Origin: Candidatus Heimdallarchaeota archaeon
GTDB taxonomy: Archaea > Asgardarchaeota > Heimdallarchaeia > Heimdallarchaeales > Heimdallarchaeaceae
Length of the DNA: 64,000 nucleotides
Direction of reading: 5' to 3'
NCBI GenBank assembly: GCA_019057815.1
Contig: JAHLWR010000012.1
Coordinates: forward strand, 32,001 to 96,000
Below are positions 20,752 through 30,114 of the stretch, in pieces. The position numbers and the translations under genes are program-made. The notes beneath the pieces were generated by a model. It made no database searches, was not told the origin of the DNA, and saw nothing but the letters and a program-made list of their open reading frames with translations. Each line of letters begins with the position of its first letter. Position 1 is the stretch's first letter.

Positions 20752-20794
20752 GTAGTAGTACAGCCAAATATAAAAATGTTTTTCATACTACTAC
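20752..20794. promoter_or_regulatory. Inverted repeat bracketing the TATA box of the ABC-TrmB operon
   Basis: GTAGTAGTA-N25-TACTACTAC encloses minus-strand TTTTATAT. Confidence 0.55.
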
Positions 20795-21117
20795 GAAAAA
20801 GAGCAGTTTCTAAATTGTATTCTATGTGAATTGCAGGCGATTTTAGAAAATTCAATGAAAACAAATGTAACAGATATTGAAAACTTTGTACTAGAAGTAT
20901 AGGAAACATATTTTCAATTTGAGTATAAAAAATTGCTCTCTTTATATTTGACATCTATATATAGTATATAGAAAACAATGTTTGTCATATTATATGCTAA
21001 TAACCTTTGATTGAAATATTTATATATAATCAAACATAGGATGTAATTGATTCACAATCAAATATGAATATGTAATAGGAAGTAGTATTAAGATACACTA
21101 AGAAGTGAGATGATAAT

Positions 21118-22923
21118 GTGAAAAAAGCGAAATACATATCAATATTTCTTATAATCAGTTTTTTTTTATCATCAGCAAATTGTGAGGGTATAGAACCACA
21201 AGATCCATTTTTCTATCTAAATTTACTGTCACCTTATACTTGCTGTGCTAACCCTGCATTATATGGATGGGCATTGCTAATGGAAGAAGAATTGCCAAAA
21301 ATAGGGATTGGGATCGATATTAATAAACTAACTGGATGGGGAAGCATTTACTCAAGAACATGGGAATATCCAGTAGGAGAACAAGGATATCATGACTACA
21401 TTCCTACATATGAAGAAGGTGGGTTCGACATCTTCTTCGTAGGATGGTCATGGGGATTAGATTGGGATCCAACAGGATTGTTTGACACAGCTAGTATAGT
21501 TCCAGCTGGTTACAATATGTATCAATACAGTAATCCTGTTTACGATAGCGTACTTCTACAATACACTTCTGAACTTGATGTAGATGCTAGAATTCCTCTA
21601 GCCAAACAATTGCAACAGATCCTCCATGAGGATCTTCCAACAATCACCCTCATCTATCGAAGATCACTCTTTGGATTCTCTGAAACTCTTGAAGGCTATG
21701 ATAAACTGTTAATTGCAACATCCTCATTACGTGCTGAAAATTGGGATGATACAGATGATCATATCGTCAAATATGCATTACCTGTAGAATTATCTGAATA
21801 TAACACTTTCGTCCAAGAATCATATTATGATGCTCAATGGATGGCTGCTGTATATGGTAGTCTATATGCCAGAGCTCAAGATACAAGATTTATGGAACCC
21901 ATGATTGCAGATAGTATGCCTACAGTAAGTGAAGACAGCCTACAATTCAATGTTACAATTGACGCAGTTGCTAAATTCAGTAATGGAGACCCAGTACTAG
22001 CTGAAGATGTAAAATACACTTATGAACTACACATGACTCCTTCTGTAGCTTCGAGTGCATATGTTTATCTAACCTCATTCTTCGAAAGCAATGACTCTAT
22101 TGTCGTTATTGATGATACAACTATTCAATTCAACTTGAAACAGCCTTACTTCTTAGCTACATCGTTGTTCTCATACCAAATTATTGATAAATCTCTTGTT
22201 GAACCATTGTTTATTGCTCAAGGAGCTAATCTCTTCAACCTTAAACCCATAGAAACAGTTGGAGGAACAGCTTTAGTCACCTCTTGTGGTCCATTCATAC
22301 TAAGCGAATATAGTACAGTAACCAGTACTGCAACACTCGTTCCAAACCCATATTGGCATGGAATAACACCTGCATTAACTCAACTAATCTTCACCTGGAT
22401 TGCTGGTAAAGACTCAGCTATAGCTGAACTTGCCGCTGGTACAGTTGATATTGTTGACTCTCGATACTCACCAGTTCCTGATGACTATGCTGATGTTGTA
22501 GGTGTCGACGCCATATTAGTTAAAGTTCCTTGTACACAAGAAATGGCTTTGAATCTTAAAAATCCAGTTTTTGGTACTGGAGAACTCACACCTTTAGGTA
22601 CAGCTGAAGCAGCGAAAAACATTCGTAAAGCTATTAGTCATTCTGTTCCTCGTGAGAATATTTCTGAGATTCTTGGAGGTCTTGTAGCTCCCGCTTCCAA
22701 TCCAATGCCTGACGCATCAGTCGGTTTTGATGACACACTAGAACCTTATGCCTATGACATAAATCTTGCTCTTTCATACATGGAATTAGCTGGGTATCAT
22801 GTAACAAGTTCTACAACTACAACAACAACAACAAATAAGGTGCCAGTTGGAAATCATACGATTTTATTAATTAGTGTTCTAGCTCTAACGTCAGTACTAA
22901 CCATAAGAAGAAGAAAACAATAA
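21118..22923 (+). CDS. ABC peptide-binding protein, family 5, circularly permuted and C-terminally anchored
   Basis: Motifs KFSNGDPVLAEDVKYT, SCGPF and IRKAISH. Thr linker, TM helix and RRRKQ tail. Confidence 0.88.
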   Translation: MKKAKYISIFLIISFFLSSANCEGIEPQDPFFYLNLLSPYTCCANPALYGWALLMEEELPKIGIGIDINKLTGWGSIYSRTWEYPVGEQGYHDYIPTYEEGGFDIFFVGWSWGLDWDPTGLFDTASIVPAGYNMYQYSNPVYDSVLLQYTSELDVDARIPLAKQLQQILHEDLPTITLIYRRSLFGFSETLEGYDKLLIATSSLRAENWDDTDDHIVKYALPVELSEYNTFVQESYYDAQWMAAVYGSLYARAQDTRFMEPMIADSMPTVSEDSLQFNVTIDAVAKFSNGDPVLAEDVKYTYELHMTPSVASSAYVYLTSFFESNDSIVVIDDTTIQFNLKQPYFLATSLFSYQIIDKSLVEPLFIAQGANLFNLKPIETVGGTALVTSCGPFILSEYSTVTSTATLVPNPYWHGITPALTQLIFTWIAGKDSAIAELAAGTVDIVDSRYSPVPDDYADVVGVDAILVKVPCTQEMALNLKNPVFGTGELTPLGTAEAAKNIRKAISHSVPRENISEILGGLVAPASNPMPDASVGFDDTLEPYAYDINLALSYMELAGYHVTSSTTTTTTTNKVPVGNHTILLISVLALTSVLTIRRRKQ

Positions 22924-22982
22924 TAATGTCTTTTTTTCTTGTTTTTTATTTTCAAATTGCTATTTTAATATGAAAGAATTTT

Positions 22983-23249
22983 AGATTCTTGTAGATACTG
23001 CTTATACTTAGAACTTAATTCATAAGAAAAAGGAAATTAAAGAATCATTAAGATGTAGTAATAACCTCAACTTCTATCTGTTCAACATCCTTTGTTAGGG
23101 GTAAAATCTGTTCTGACCCCCTTTCATCAATAGTATAGTCAATATCATCTTCTACATTTCTCATCGAATTATTAATCCAAGAAAGACCTAAAAATAACAA
23201 CCCTAGAAGGGCAGAAAAAGCGAATAGCTATTCCATCTTAGCATATTCA
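22983..23249 (-). pseudogene. Diverged duplicate of the MFS gene 3' end and downstream flank (25604-25871)
   Basis: Reads ME*LFAFSALLGLLFLGLSWINNSMRNVEDDIDYTIDE. Many synonymous changes and one in-frame TAG. Confidence 0.9.
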
Positions 23250-23319
23250 ACAATCTTAAGATATACACAATATTAAAAAAATGTTCGATTTTAAGTTTCA
23301 TTGCGAAGAAGGAAGAGTA

Positions 23320-24027
23320 TTAAGTCTCTAACAGTTTTATACCTTCAGTAAGTGCTCTTTTAATGAATACATTATCATATTTCATACGTTCTATTTCTTT
23401 AATAGTATATGGAAAGATATCAACAGGTATTGGTAAAATCATAAAGAAATCTTTTAGTTCAGGAATTCGATCAAAGAATCTTTCTTTATCACTATCTTCT
23501 AGAATTATGAGTACATCTGCATCACTATATAAACCATAATCTCCTCTAGCTATTGAACCAAAAAGAATTATTTCTTTAGCTCCCTTTTTTATTTGAATTT
23601 CCTTTGCTATACTTCTTAAATCAGCTATAATGCGTACTCTATTTCTGTAAGCTCTCTCTACAGAACTTAATGATCTCTTCTGCATTTTCAACCGCCTCTT
23701 TCGCTTCTTGTTCCGTAAAGTAATCTTTTGAGCACCAACTTCAAAGCTATTTGGATATCGAGTTGGAATATAGTATTTATCAAGTTTTTTTGCTAAAAAT
23801 ATAATATTATCAGGAATTGTTAAATCAGCCTTTAGAACGCTCAAGGATCTACTTATAGCATGACTCCAACAGTCTATTTTGAAATGAAGACATAAAGCTT
23901 TTATTCCCATTTCACTTGATTGTTGTGCTAGAAAACAAACACCATCAAAGAAGTTGCCTTTTAAACTCCATCTTGCTTGCTCTAGAATATGTTCAGCTTG
24001 AGCAAACCAATCTTTTGATCTATCCAT
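23320..24027 (-). CDS. HEPN-MNT toxin-antitoxin pair fused by a frameshift
   Basis: HEPN motifs FLAQQSSE, SHAI and YIPTRYPN. MNT motif LFGSIARGD-SDAD, with its own ATG at 23685. The native HEPN tail KDYFTEQEAKEAVENAEEIIKF is in another frame and ends at 23639. Confidence 0.85.
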   Translation of the reverse strand: MDRSKDWFAQAEHILEQARWSLKGNFFDGVCFLAQQSSEMGIKALCLHFKIDCWSHAISRSLSVLKADLTIPDNIIFLAKKLDKYYIPTRYPNSFEVGAQKITLRNKKRKRRLKMQKRSLSSVERAYRNRVRIIADLRSIAKEIQIKKGAKEIILFGSIARGDYGLYSDADVLIILEDSDKERFFDRIPELKDFFMILPIPVDIFPYTIKEIERMKYDNVFIKRALTEGIKLLET

Positions 24028-24382
24028 TATTATCTATGTTACCTATGAATCTATCTTATATAAATTTGGTTGATTTTAATCCTTATTTCGAGAAATCAAG
24101 GTTCTTTCTGTTAATGTTGGGGTATCTTCTTTTTAGTAATAATTGCTCAATAATTGAAGAGGATATTACTGATAAGATAAATAATGTCCTTGAATCTTCT
24201 GGTTATAAATAGGATAGCGATAGATGTCAATAAGTTATTTACCAAAGGAAAACAGTGTATTCACATATTACAACTAGTTCCACTGTTACCCAGACATTAG
24301 GTTAAACTCGCTTAAAGTAATAATCTTTACTATTTACTCTTCTTCTAAACACGAATAAAGCTGTAATAAGAGAAATTAGAAG

Positions 24383-24455
24383 TTATCACTATCTTCTAGA
24401 ATTATGAGTACATCTGCATCACTATATAAACCATAATCTCCTCTAGCTATTGAAC
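24383..24455 (-). repeat. Exact 73-bp copy of the MNT active-site segment 23486-23558
   Basis: Base-for-base identical. Confidence 0.92.
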
Positions 24456-24485
24456 TTCTCCACATCTCAATCAAATATTTTCTTA

Positions 24486-25109
24486 TCATTTCGTATGATA
24501 TATCAAAAGCATAATTGCAATTATTACGATATAACAATAGTAGTTAAATAGAAACAGTCTTTGCCAAAGACCTGATCTTTTGAATTTAGGTTTTTTAGTT
24601 CGGAGAAACAAAAAGAAGAAAATGATTCCTGCAATTTGAGTAATTATTGAAATGATGAGCATCCAATTCACCATAGCGGTAACTAGAACAGATGGTAAAA
24701 TGAGTAGAGCTAAATATCCCAACCCACCAAATATTCCATGAATCTTACATGATGTACTTTCTTCATGACCTTTTGGATCTGCGGGATACAGCCCTGATAC
24801 CACACCAGCTCCAATCCCAAAAATCGCTATTAAACTCGCTCCAGCAATACTAATTCCCCTTGATCCCAAGAAGAAGGAATCTAAAGCAAAACCACAACTA
24901 AAAATGATAAAAGAAATCCCCCAAAAAATTCACCAGAATGTGAAAATGCTGGTGAAAGGGCTTTTTTTACAACCAAGCTTGCTCATAGTATCTTCAATAT
25001 GACTATAATTTGGATAAAAAGAACCCAAAATAAAAGTAATTAAGAAGTCTCCTAAACACGCAAGAATACCCAAAGATGCAGCAATTGAAATAAAAATATC
25101 AGAACCCAT
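24486..25109 (-). pseudogene. DUF998 family membrane protein with in-frame TGA
   Basis: Motifs YPNYSHIEDTMSKLG, IHGIFG and GLWQRLF. TGA at 24930-24932 in the context FW*IFW. Confidence 0.75.
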
Positions 25110-25210
25110 TCATGATTTCATTTCTGGTGTTATATTAAAGAGTTTCTTTTTTATGTTTTCAGATATTGAAGTTATATTGATTTCAGATGCTTACATGCTA
25201 ATTTTTCCCC

Positions 25211-25542
25211 ATTTTTCCCACATTTCTGTTAGATTTTTATAGGTAAGTCTAATATAAGTACTGTCTTAAGCCAATGGCTTTAGACAAAGTAGAGTCATCT
25301 GCTTACACCCGGAGCTGGAGTGAGAGCCTAAGGTTCTCAATAACATAGTCTTCAGTAATGAGTCCCGGAGAGGAGATGAACCCTCTCACCTCCGCTAACA
25401 CTGTGTGTTGGAGGTGTAATCCCAGAGCTTGAAGCTCCCCCTACGCTACTGCTTGATGCGATGCGACCTTAAACGTTCTTGGGTTGGGAAGAGTCCTCAA
25501 AATTATTCGTCACTACCCTTAAGTGGGTAAAGTGGGAAAAAT
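25211..25542 (+). ncRNA. Unidentified structured non-coding element (ncRNA or non-autonomous mobile element)
   Basis: About 50% GC, no long ORF, many hairpins with G-U pairs on the + strand, and an 11-bp terminal inverted repeat. Confidence 0.6.
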
Positions 25543-25572
25543 AACTCATGTATAACAATGCATAATGGTCTA

Positions 25573-25586
25573 GTCAACAGATAGTT
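25573..25586. repeat. Truncated GTCAAC repeat copy
   Basis: GTCAACAGATAGTT is identical to the starts of the copies at 13582 and 46419. Confidence 0.6.
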
Positions 25587-25666
25587 TCATTATGAAGAAA
25601 ATCAGATTCCTGTAGATGCCACTTATGTTTAGAACTTAGATCATAAGAAAAAGGGAATTAAAAGTA

Positions 25667-27013
25667 TTATTCAGATGTTGGAATAACCTCAGCTTCTTTC
25701 TTTTCAACATCCTTTGTAGAGGGCAAAATCTGTTCTGACCCGCCTTCATCTATAGTATAATCAATATCATCTTCAACTTTTCTCATCGAAGTATTAATCC
25801 AAAAAAGACCAAGGAATAGCAATCCTAGAAGGGCAGAAAAAGCGAATAAATACTCCATCTTAACATATTCAGCTATGAAACCTGATAATAACATCCCTGC
25901 TGGTGCTGTAAATTGAGCTATAGTTAGTCTAACAGACATAACTCTGCCTAATTTGTCTTTTGGAACTATTGTTTGCCAGATTGTTTGGCTGGATATGTTT
26001 GCAACAGGGTTGGAAACTCCGACAACTAGCATTCCTAAACCCATAAACCAAAAAAGACCATTAGGGGTCAAAGATGCGATTAAGGATCCTATAAACATGA
26101 AAAGAATACCGATTGCTACACCATTTACCTTTTTCTTGAAACCTTTCCATATTGTAAGTAATAACGATCCAGCTATTGTTCCAACGTTTAAGAAAATAAA
26201 GACAAAAGCTAGATTTGTTTCATCCCCTCCATGAGTAGAATAGACAAACAAGTTAATCAGTGTAAACATTGGCATGATAAAGAAGTTTGCAGCTGTGAAT
26301 GAACCTAAGAGTGGTAAAAGACCCTTCTTTTTGCGAATGAATTGAACTCCTTCTTTCATCTCGGATATAAAAGATGTTTTTTCTATTTTTTCTTTTGTCT
26401 GTTTTACAACTTTTGGTATAGTTATGAAAACTAATGGAATAATGGCAGCTCCGAATGTTATTGGCTCGATCAACATAATTAGATGAATGGGTATTGTAGC
26501 GTATAGGAAAGCTGCAGTAACTGGACCAACCACAAAAACAGCACTTATAAAAAGAAATTGAAAGCTGTTCATACGGTTTAGATGCTTTTTTGGTACCATT
26601 ATTGGGATTATTGTTTGAAGAGCTGGTTGCTGGAATGCTTGAAACGCACCTCTAATAGCAATGAAGAATAGCAATAAACCTACACCAACTTTGTCGAATT
26701 TGAAAAGAAATAGAAGAACAACAGTTACAGCAGCTTGCATGAAATCTACAAAACCAATTAAAAATTTCAGATTAAGACGATCTATTAAGACTCCAGCGAT
26801 TGGAGTAAGTAAAACTGTTGGAATAAAACCGATGAACAAAGATAAAGATAATAACATAGGACTTTCAGTTTCGACTGTGATCCACCAAGCTATTACAAAT
26901 TGAATAATACTCGAACCAAAAAGTGAAACTAATTGTCCAGAAAAGAAGAACAAATATCCCTTAAGGTTTGAAGTTTCTTCTGTATGATTATTGGAATTTT
27001 CTAGCATTAACAA
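25667..27013 (-). CDS. MFS transporter (DHA3/macrolide efflux-like)
   Basis: Motifs GQLVSLFGS, AGVLIDRLN and QTIVPKDKLGRV. About 12 TM helices. Confidence 0.9.
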   Translation of the reverse strand: MLMLENSNNHTEETSNLKGYLFFFSGQLVSLFGSSIIQFVIAWWITVETESPMLLSLSLFIGFIPTVLLTPIAGVLIDRLNLKFLIGFVDFMQAAVTVVLLFLFKFDKVGVGLLLFFIAIRGAFQAFQQPALQTIIPIMVPKKHLNRMNSFQFLFISAVFVVGPVTAAFLYATIPIHLIMLIEPITFGAAIIPLVFITIPKVVKQTKEKIEKTSFISEMKEGVQFIRKKKGLLPLLGSFTAANFFIMPMFTLINLFVYSTHGGDETNLAFVFIFLNVGTIAGSLLLTIWKGFKKKVNGVAIGILFMFIGSLIASLTPNGLFWFMGLGMLVVGVSNPVANISSQTIWQTIVPKDKLGRVMSVRLTIAQFTAPAGMLLSGFIAEYVKMEYLFAFSALLGLLFLGLFWINTSMRKVEDDIDYTIDEGGSEQILPSTKDVEKKEAEVIPTSE

Positions 27014-27132
27014 ACACCGGTTAATATTCTACAACTATAGAGAATACCATCTACAAAGATATATAAATGTTTCGACATCCTTAGCAACAGACTTATATGT
27101 TGTACACGAAAACATAATAATCAAGGAATGAA

Positions 27133-27834
27133 ATGGTGGGAAAATTGGAGTATCATGATTCAATTATTTATGAAGAGGAAACAATAAAAATACTGAAAGA
27201 TGCAAAGTACTTGGAATTATTAAATGATGCGAAGTATTCACCGATTTTTATAGCTCTCCGTAAAGGTCCATTAACCATTAAAGAACTGGAAACGGAGTAT
27301 AATTCAATCGTTAGAAAAGACATAAAGAAAATGAACCTTGAAGATTCTGAGAAAAAAGAATTACAAGAAAAAATGTTCAGGAAAGACAAAACGCTTTACA
27401 AATACATGAGCAAACTACGAAAAAGTGGTTTAATCGTTGAAGCAGGGAAAAGATTTAAAGTTGGTCAGACAGCCGCAGAGACGCTTTTTGGGCGTGCAGC
27501 AAAATTATACCTTATGGATGACAAATCTGAAAGAACGTTCTCTATGGATGAAGATAAGAAGTATCTCTCGTTTTTTGCTAAACTTATTAGCTTAATCAAT
27601 GATAGTTCAAAGGTTTCTGTGGGTTGTTTAGCAGAAGTTATGACTAACTTTCTTACACAGATTTCTGAGGAAACAGAGAAAATATTTAAGACATATTCCA
27701 AAGAAATAACAGAATTTGCATCAGACATGTCTTTTTCAGATATATACAAAACACTAAAGGGACTAAATATGTTCCTTTTTATACGAAATGCTTCTAATTT
27801 TGAAGAAATGCTTGAAAAATGTATTAAAAAATAA
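27133..27834 (+). CDS. Winged-helix transcriptional regulator-like protein
   Basis: LRKGPLTIKEL...TLYKYMSKLRKSGLI. Divergent from the MFS gene. Confidence 0.6.
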   Translation: MVGKLEYHDSIIYEEETIKILKDAKYLELLNDAKYSPIFIALRKGPLTIKELETEYNSIVRKDIKKMNLEDSEKKELQEKMFRKDKTLYKYMSKLRKSGLIVEAGKRFKVGQTAAETLFGRAAKLYLMDDKSERTFSMDEDKKYLSFFAKLISLINDSSKVSVGCLAEVMTNFLTQISEETEKIFKTYSKEITEFASDMSFSDIYKTLKGLNMFLFIRNASNFEEMLEKCIKK

Positions 27835-27901
27835 GTTTAGTTAGAATTTTGAAAAATATGAAAGATTATAAATTAGTTATAAAATACTTAACTAGATAAG
27901 A

Positions 27902-28465
27902 ATGGACCTTTTTTCCAGAATCGCCAACCGATACGAGAATATAGTTGGATCTTTTGATTATGAGAAGCTTAGAGATTTCTTTCCTATAAATTCCGAAGAT
28001 ATAATTTTAGATCTTGGTGGCGGTACAGGTCGCGTATCTATATTTCTTAAAGAAGAAGCTAATGACTGTTTAATTTTTGATAGGTCTTTTGAAATGCTTC
28101 AACAGACTAGAAAGCATAGAAACGATTTCCTACTCGTTCAAGGAAAAAGTGAATCATTGCCTTTTCGAAAGAACACTTTTGGTCAGATATTTATTAACGA
28201 TACTTTGCACCATGTACAAAATCAAGAAAAAACTTTGAATGAATGTAACGCTATTCTCTTAAAACAGGGTCAACTGATTATTAGAGAGTTTGATAGAAAA
28301 TATTTTTGGAATTTATTATTAATCCTTTTTGAAAAGATAATGCGTTTTAAAAGCAAATTTTATTCACCAAAAGAATTGCAAAAATTGTGTGAAGAACTTA
28401 ACTTAGAAGTTTATTATAGGAGACCTAGTAAGGCTACATTTGTTTTGGTAGGTCAGAAGAAGTAG
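27902..28465 (+). CDS. Class I SAM-dependent methyltransferase
   Basis: Motifs ILDLGGGTG, SESLPF and DTLHH. Confidence 0.88.
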   Translation: MDLFSRIANRYENIVGSFDYEKLRDFFPINSEDIILDLGGGTGRVSIFLKEEANDCLIFDRSFEMLQQTRKHRNDFLLVQGKSESLPFRKNTFGQIFINDTLHHVQNQEKTLNECNAILLKQGQLIIREFDRKYFWNLLLILFEKIMRFKSKFYSPKELQKLCEELNLEVYYRRPSKATFVLVGQKK

Positions 28466-28552
28466 ATAAGCATCAGATCTTAAACACGTAGTATTTTTAT
28501 AAAGTAAAAAAAGAAAAACGAAGAAAGAAATCACAAATAAGAAGTGTAACAA

Positions 28553-29050
28553 TTGACAACTAAGAAAACACATCCATCTTTGGGTTTAACACTTTTGAAG
28601 CAGTTTAAAGAAGAATGGGGTATGATTAAGCAAGGAATCAATATAATTCCCGATGATAAATGGTCTAAAGTGAATAATGATTGGAGTTTCTCATGGACCG
28701 TGCATCATATTATAGAAGCAGCTGATTTCTATTCTAGAAGTACAGCTGATGGGATGAAATGGGGATCAATAGCTAATATTGACTGGGACAATGATTCAAA
28801 AGAAATAATAGAAAAAAAGAAATCAAAAGTGACTAAAGCGGAATTACTTAGTTACACAGAAGAAGTCGGTAAGAGATTATCAGAAATTTTGAAAAAATTA
28901 AGTGATGAAGAATTAATGAGGAAGGATGGTTTTGACTGGTTTGAATCAATCTTTGAAAAACTAGTTTATTTATTAAGACACAATGCACATCATATAGGGG
29001 AATTAGCTAGAACACTCAGAGAATGGGATTGTGAAAGAATAAAATGGTGA
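28553..29050 (+). CDS. DinB family protein
   Basis: Motifs VHHIIE and LRHNAHHIGEL. Confidence 0.8.
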   Translation: MTTKKTHPSLGLTLLKQFKEEWGMIKQGINIIPDDKWSKVNNDWSFSWTVHHIIEAADFYSRSTADGMKWGSIANIDWDNDSKEIIEKKKSKVTKAELLSYTEEVGKRLSEILKKLSDEELMRKDGFDWFESIFEKLVYLLRHNAHHIGELARTLREWDCERIKW

Positions 29051-29218
29051 GTAGATTGATACTCATAAATTATTAGTTTACAAAACGTAAAATGGCATTT
29101 CACATATATAAATCAGTTTTTCGATAGTAATCAATGTATTTTTTTTTGATTAAGTTTATATTATAGTTTACCTACTCTATTGGTACAACATTTAATTACA
29201 AAATAAAAGGTTTCTAAA

Positions 29219-30067
29219 ATGAAAAAATCTGCTATATCAATAACATTATTATTTCTTCTTTTATTCAGCTTGTTTACCGTAAGCACAACACAAGCAATGG
29301 ATGAACCGGATGAATGGTTTTTCTCTGACGACCTAGTTCCTGGAAGGGAATTTAGTTGGAAATTAGAAAAATTTGAAGGCTTTGAAACTGGAGGACTAGA
29401 TATAACACTTGATGATCAAATGCAAGAAGGAGATTTTTTAAAAGTGAAATTCCTTCAAGATCCAGATGATATAGGTATAGATAATCCATTGGAACTTTTC
29501 ACTACTAGTGAAATGTGGGGAGAGTTTTATATAAATGATAACATAATTACAACTAATGCGTCAGATATATTATTGTTTCAAGTTGGTGTAACAGAGTATT
29601 TATCAATAATGTTCACAATGCTCTTTATGCCAGTCACGATTATATATGGGAACACTACCGAAAATTTCTTTGAATTGGCAGTAGAGGATGAATTTTTTAC
29701 TGATTTTTCTACTTCAATCAATGGTATGTCTTCTTCTTATTCTTTTGCTTTAAATAAAGACCTTTTCATTTCTAAATCTGAAAGTCATGCAGATTATTCT
29801 GAAGGAGATATGTCAATAAAATTTGATGTCTCAACTGAAATTAGTTTTCACATATATCTTGGTATTTTGTATAAATATCAAACGGATATTAGTATGGAAT
29901 TTACAGGGATACCAGATTCTGAAGATGTTTTTACAGAAACACATATGATTTTTAAAAGTACTGAAACTGCTTCTGGTGATGGTATTACTATACCTTTTAA
30001 TTGGTTCTATGGTGTTCTTGGATTCCTCCTAATTGGATTAATAGCTAGTATTATAAAAAGAAGATAA
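29219..30067 (+). CDS. Secreted acidic protein with C-terminal anchor
   Basis: Signal peptide. C-terminal IPFNWFYG, TM helix and KRR. Confidence 0.7.
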   Translation: MKKSAISITLLFLLLFSLFTVSTTQAMDEPDEWFFSDDLVPGREFSWKLEKFEGFETGGLDITLDDQMQEGDFLKVKFLQDPDDIGIDNPLELFTTSEMWGEFYINDNIITTNASDILLFQVGVTEYLSIMFTMLFMPVTIIYGNTTENFFELAVEDEFFTDFSTSINGMSSSYSFALNKDLFISKSESHADYSEGDMSIKFDVSTEISFHIYLGILYKYQTDISMEFTGIPDSEDVFTETHMIFKSTETASGDGITIPFNWFYGVLGFLLIGLIASIIKRR

Positions 30068-30114
30068 ATCTTTTTCTTTCTTTTTTTGTTAAAACTTCTT
30101 AAAACAAGGTAACA

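Noticed and set aside
22810-22833. ACA/ACT trinucleotide repeat
   Set aside because: It simply encodes the Thr linker of the binding protein.
25358-25400. tRNA 3' half on the minus strand (GCGGAGGTGAGAGGGTTCATCTCCTCTCCGGGACTCA)
   Set aside because: The T-loop is non-canonical, and there is no D-arm or matching 5' acceptor strand.
25211-25542. SRP RNA, RNase P RNA, hammerhead or group I intron
   Set aside because: Only partial look-alike motifs (TGTAATCCCAG, GGGAAGAGTCC, ATGAGTCC). The conserved cores are missing or in the wrong order.
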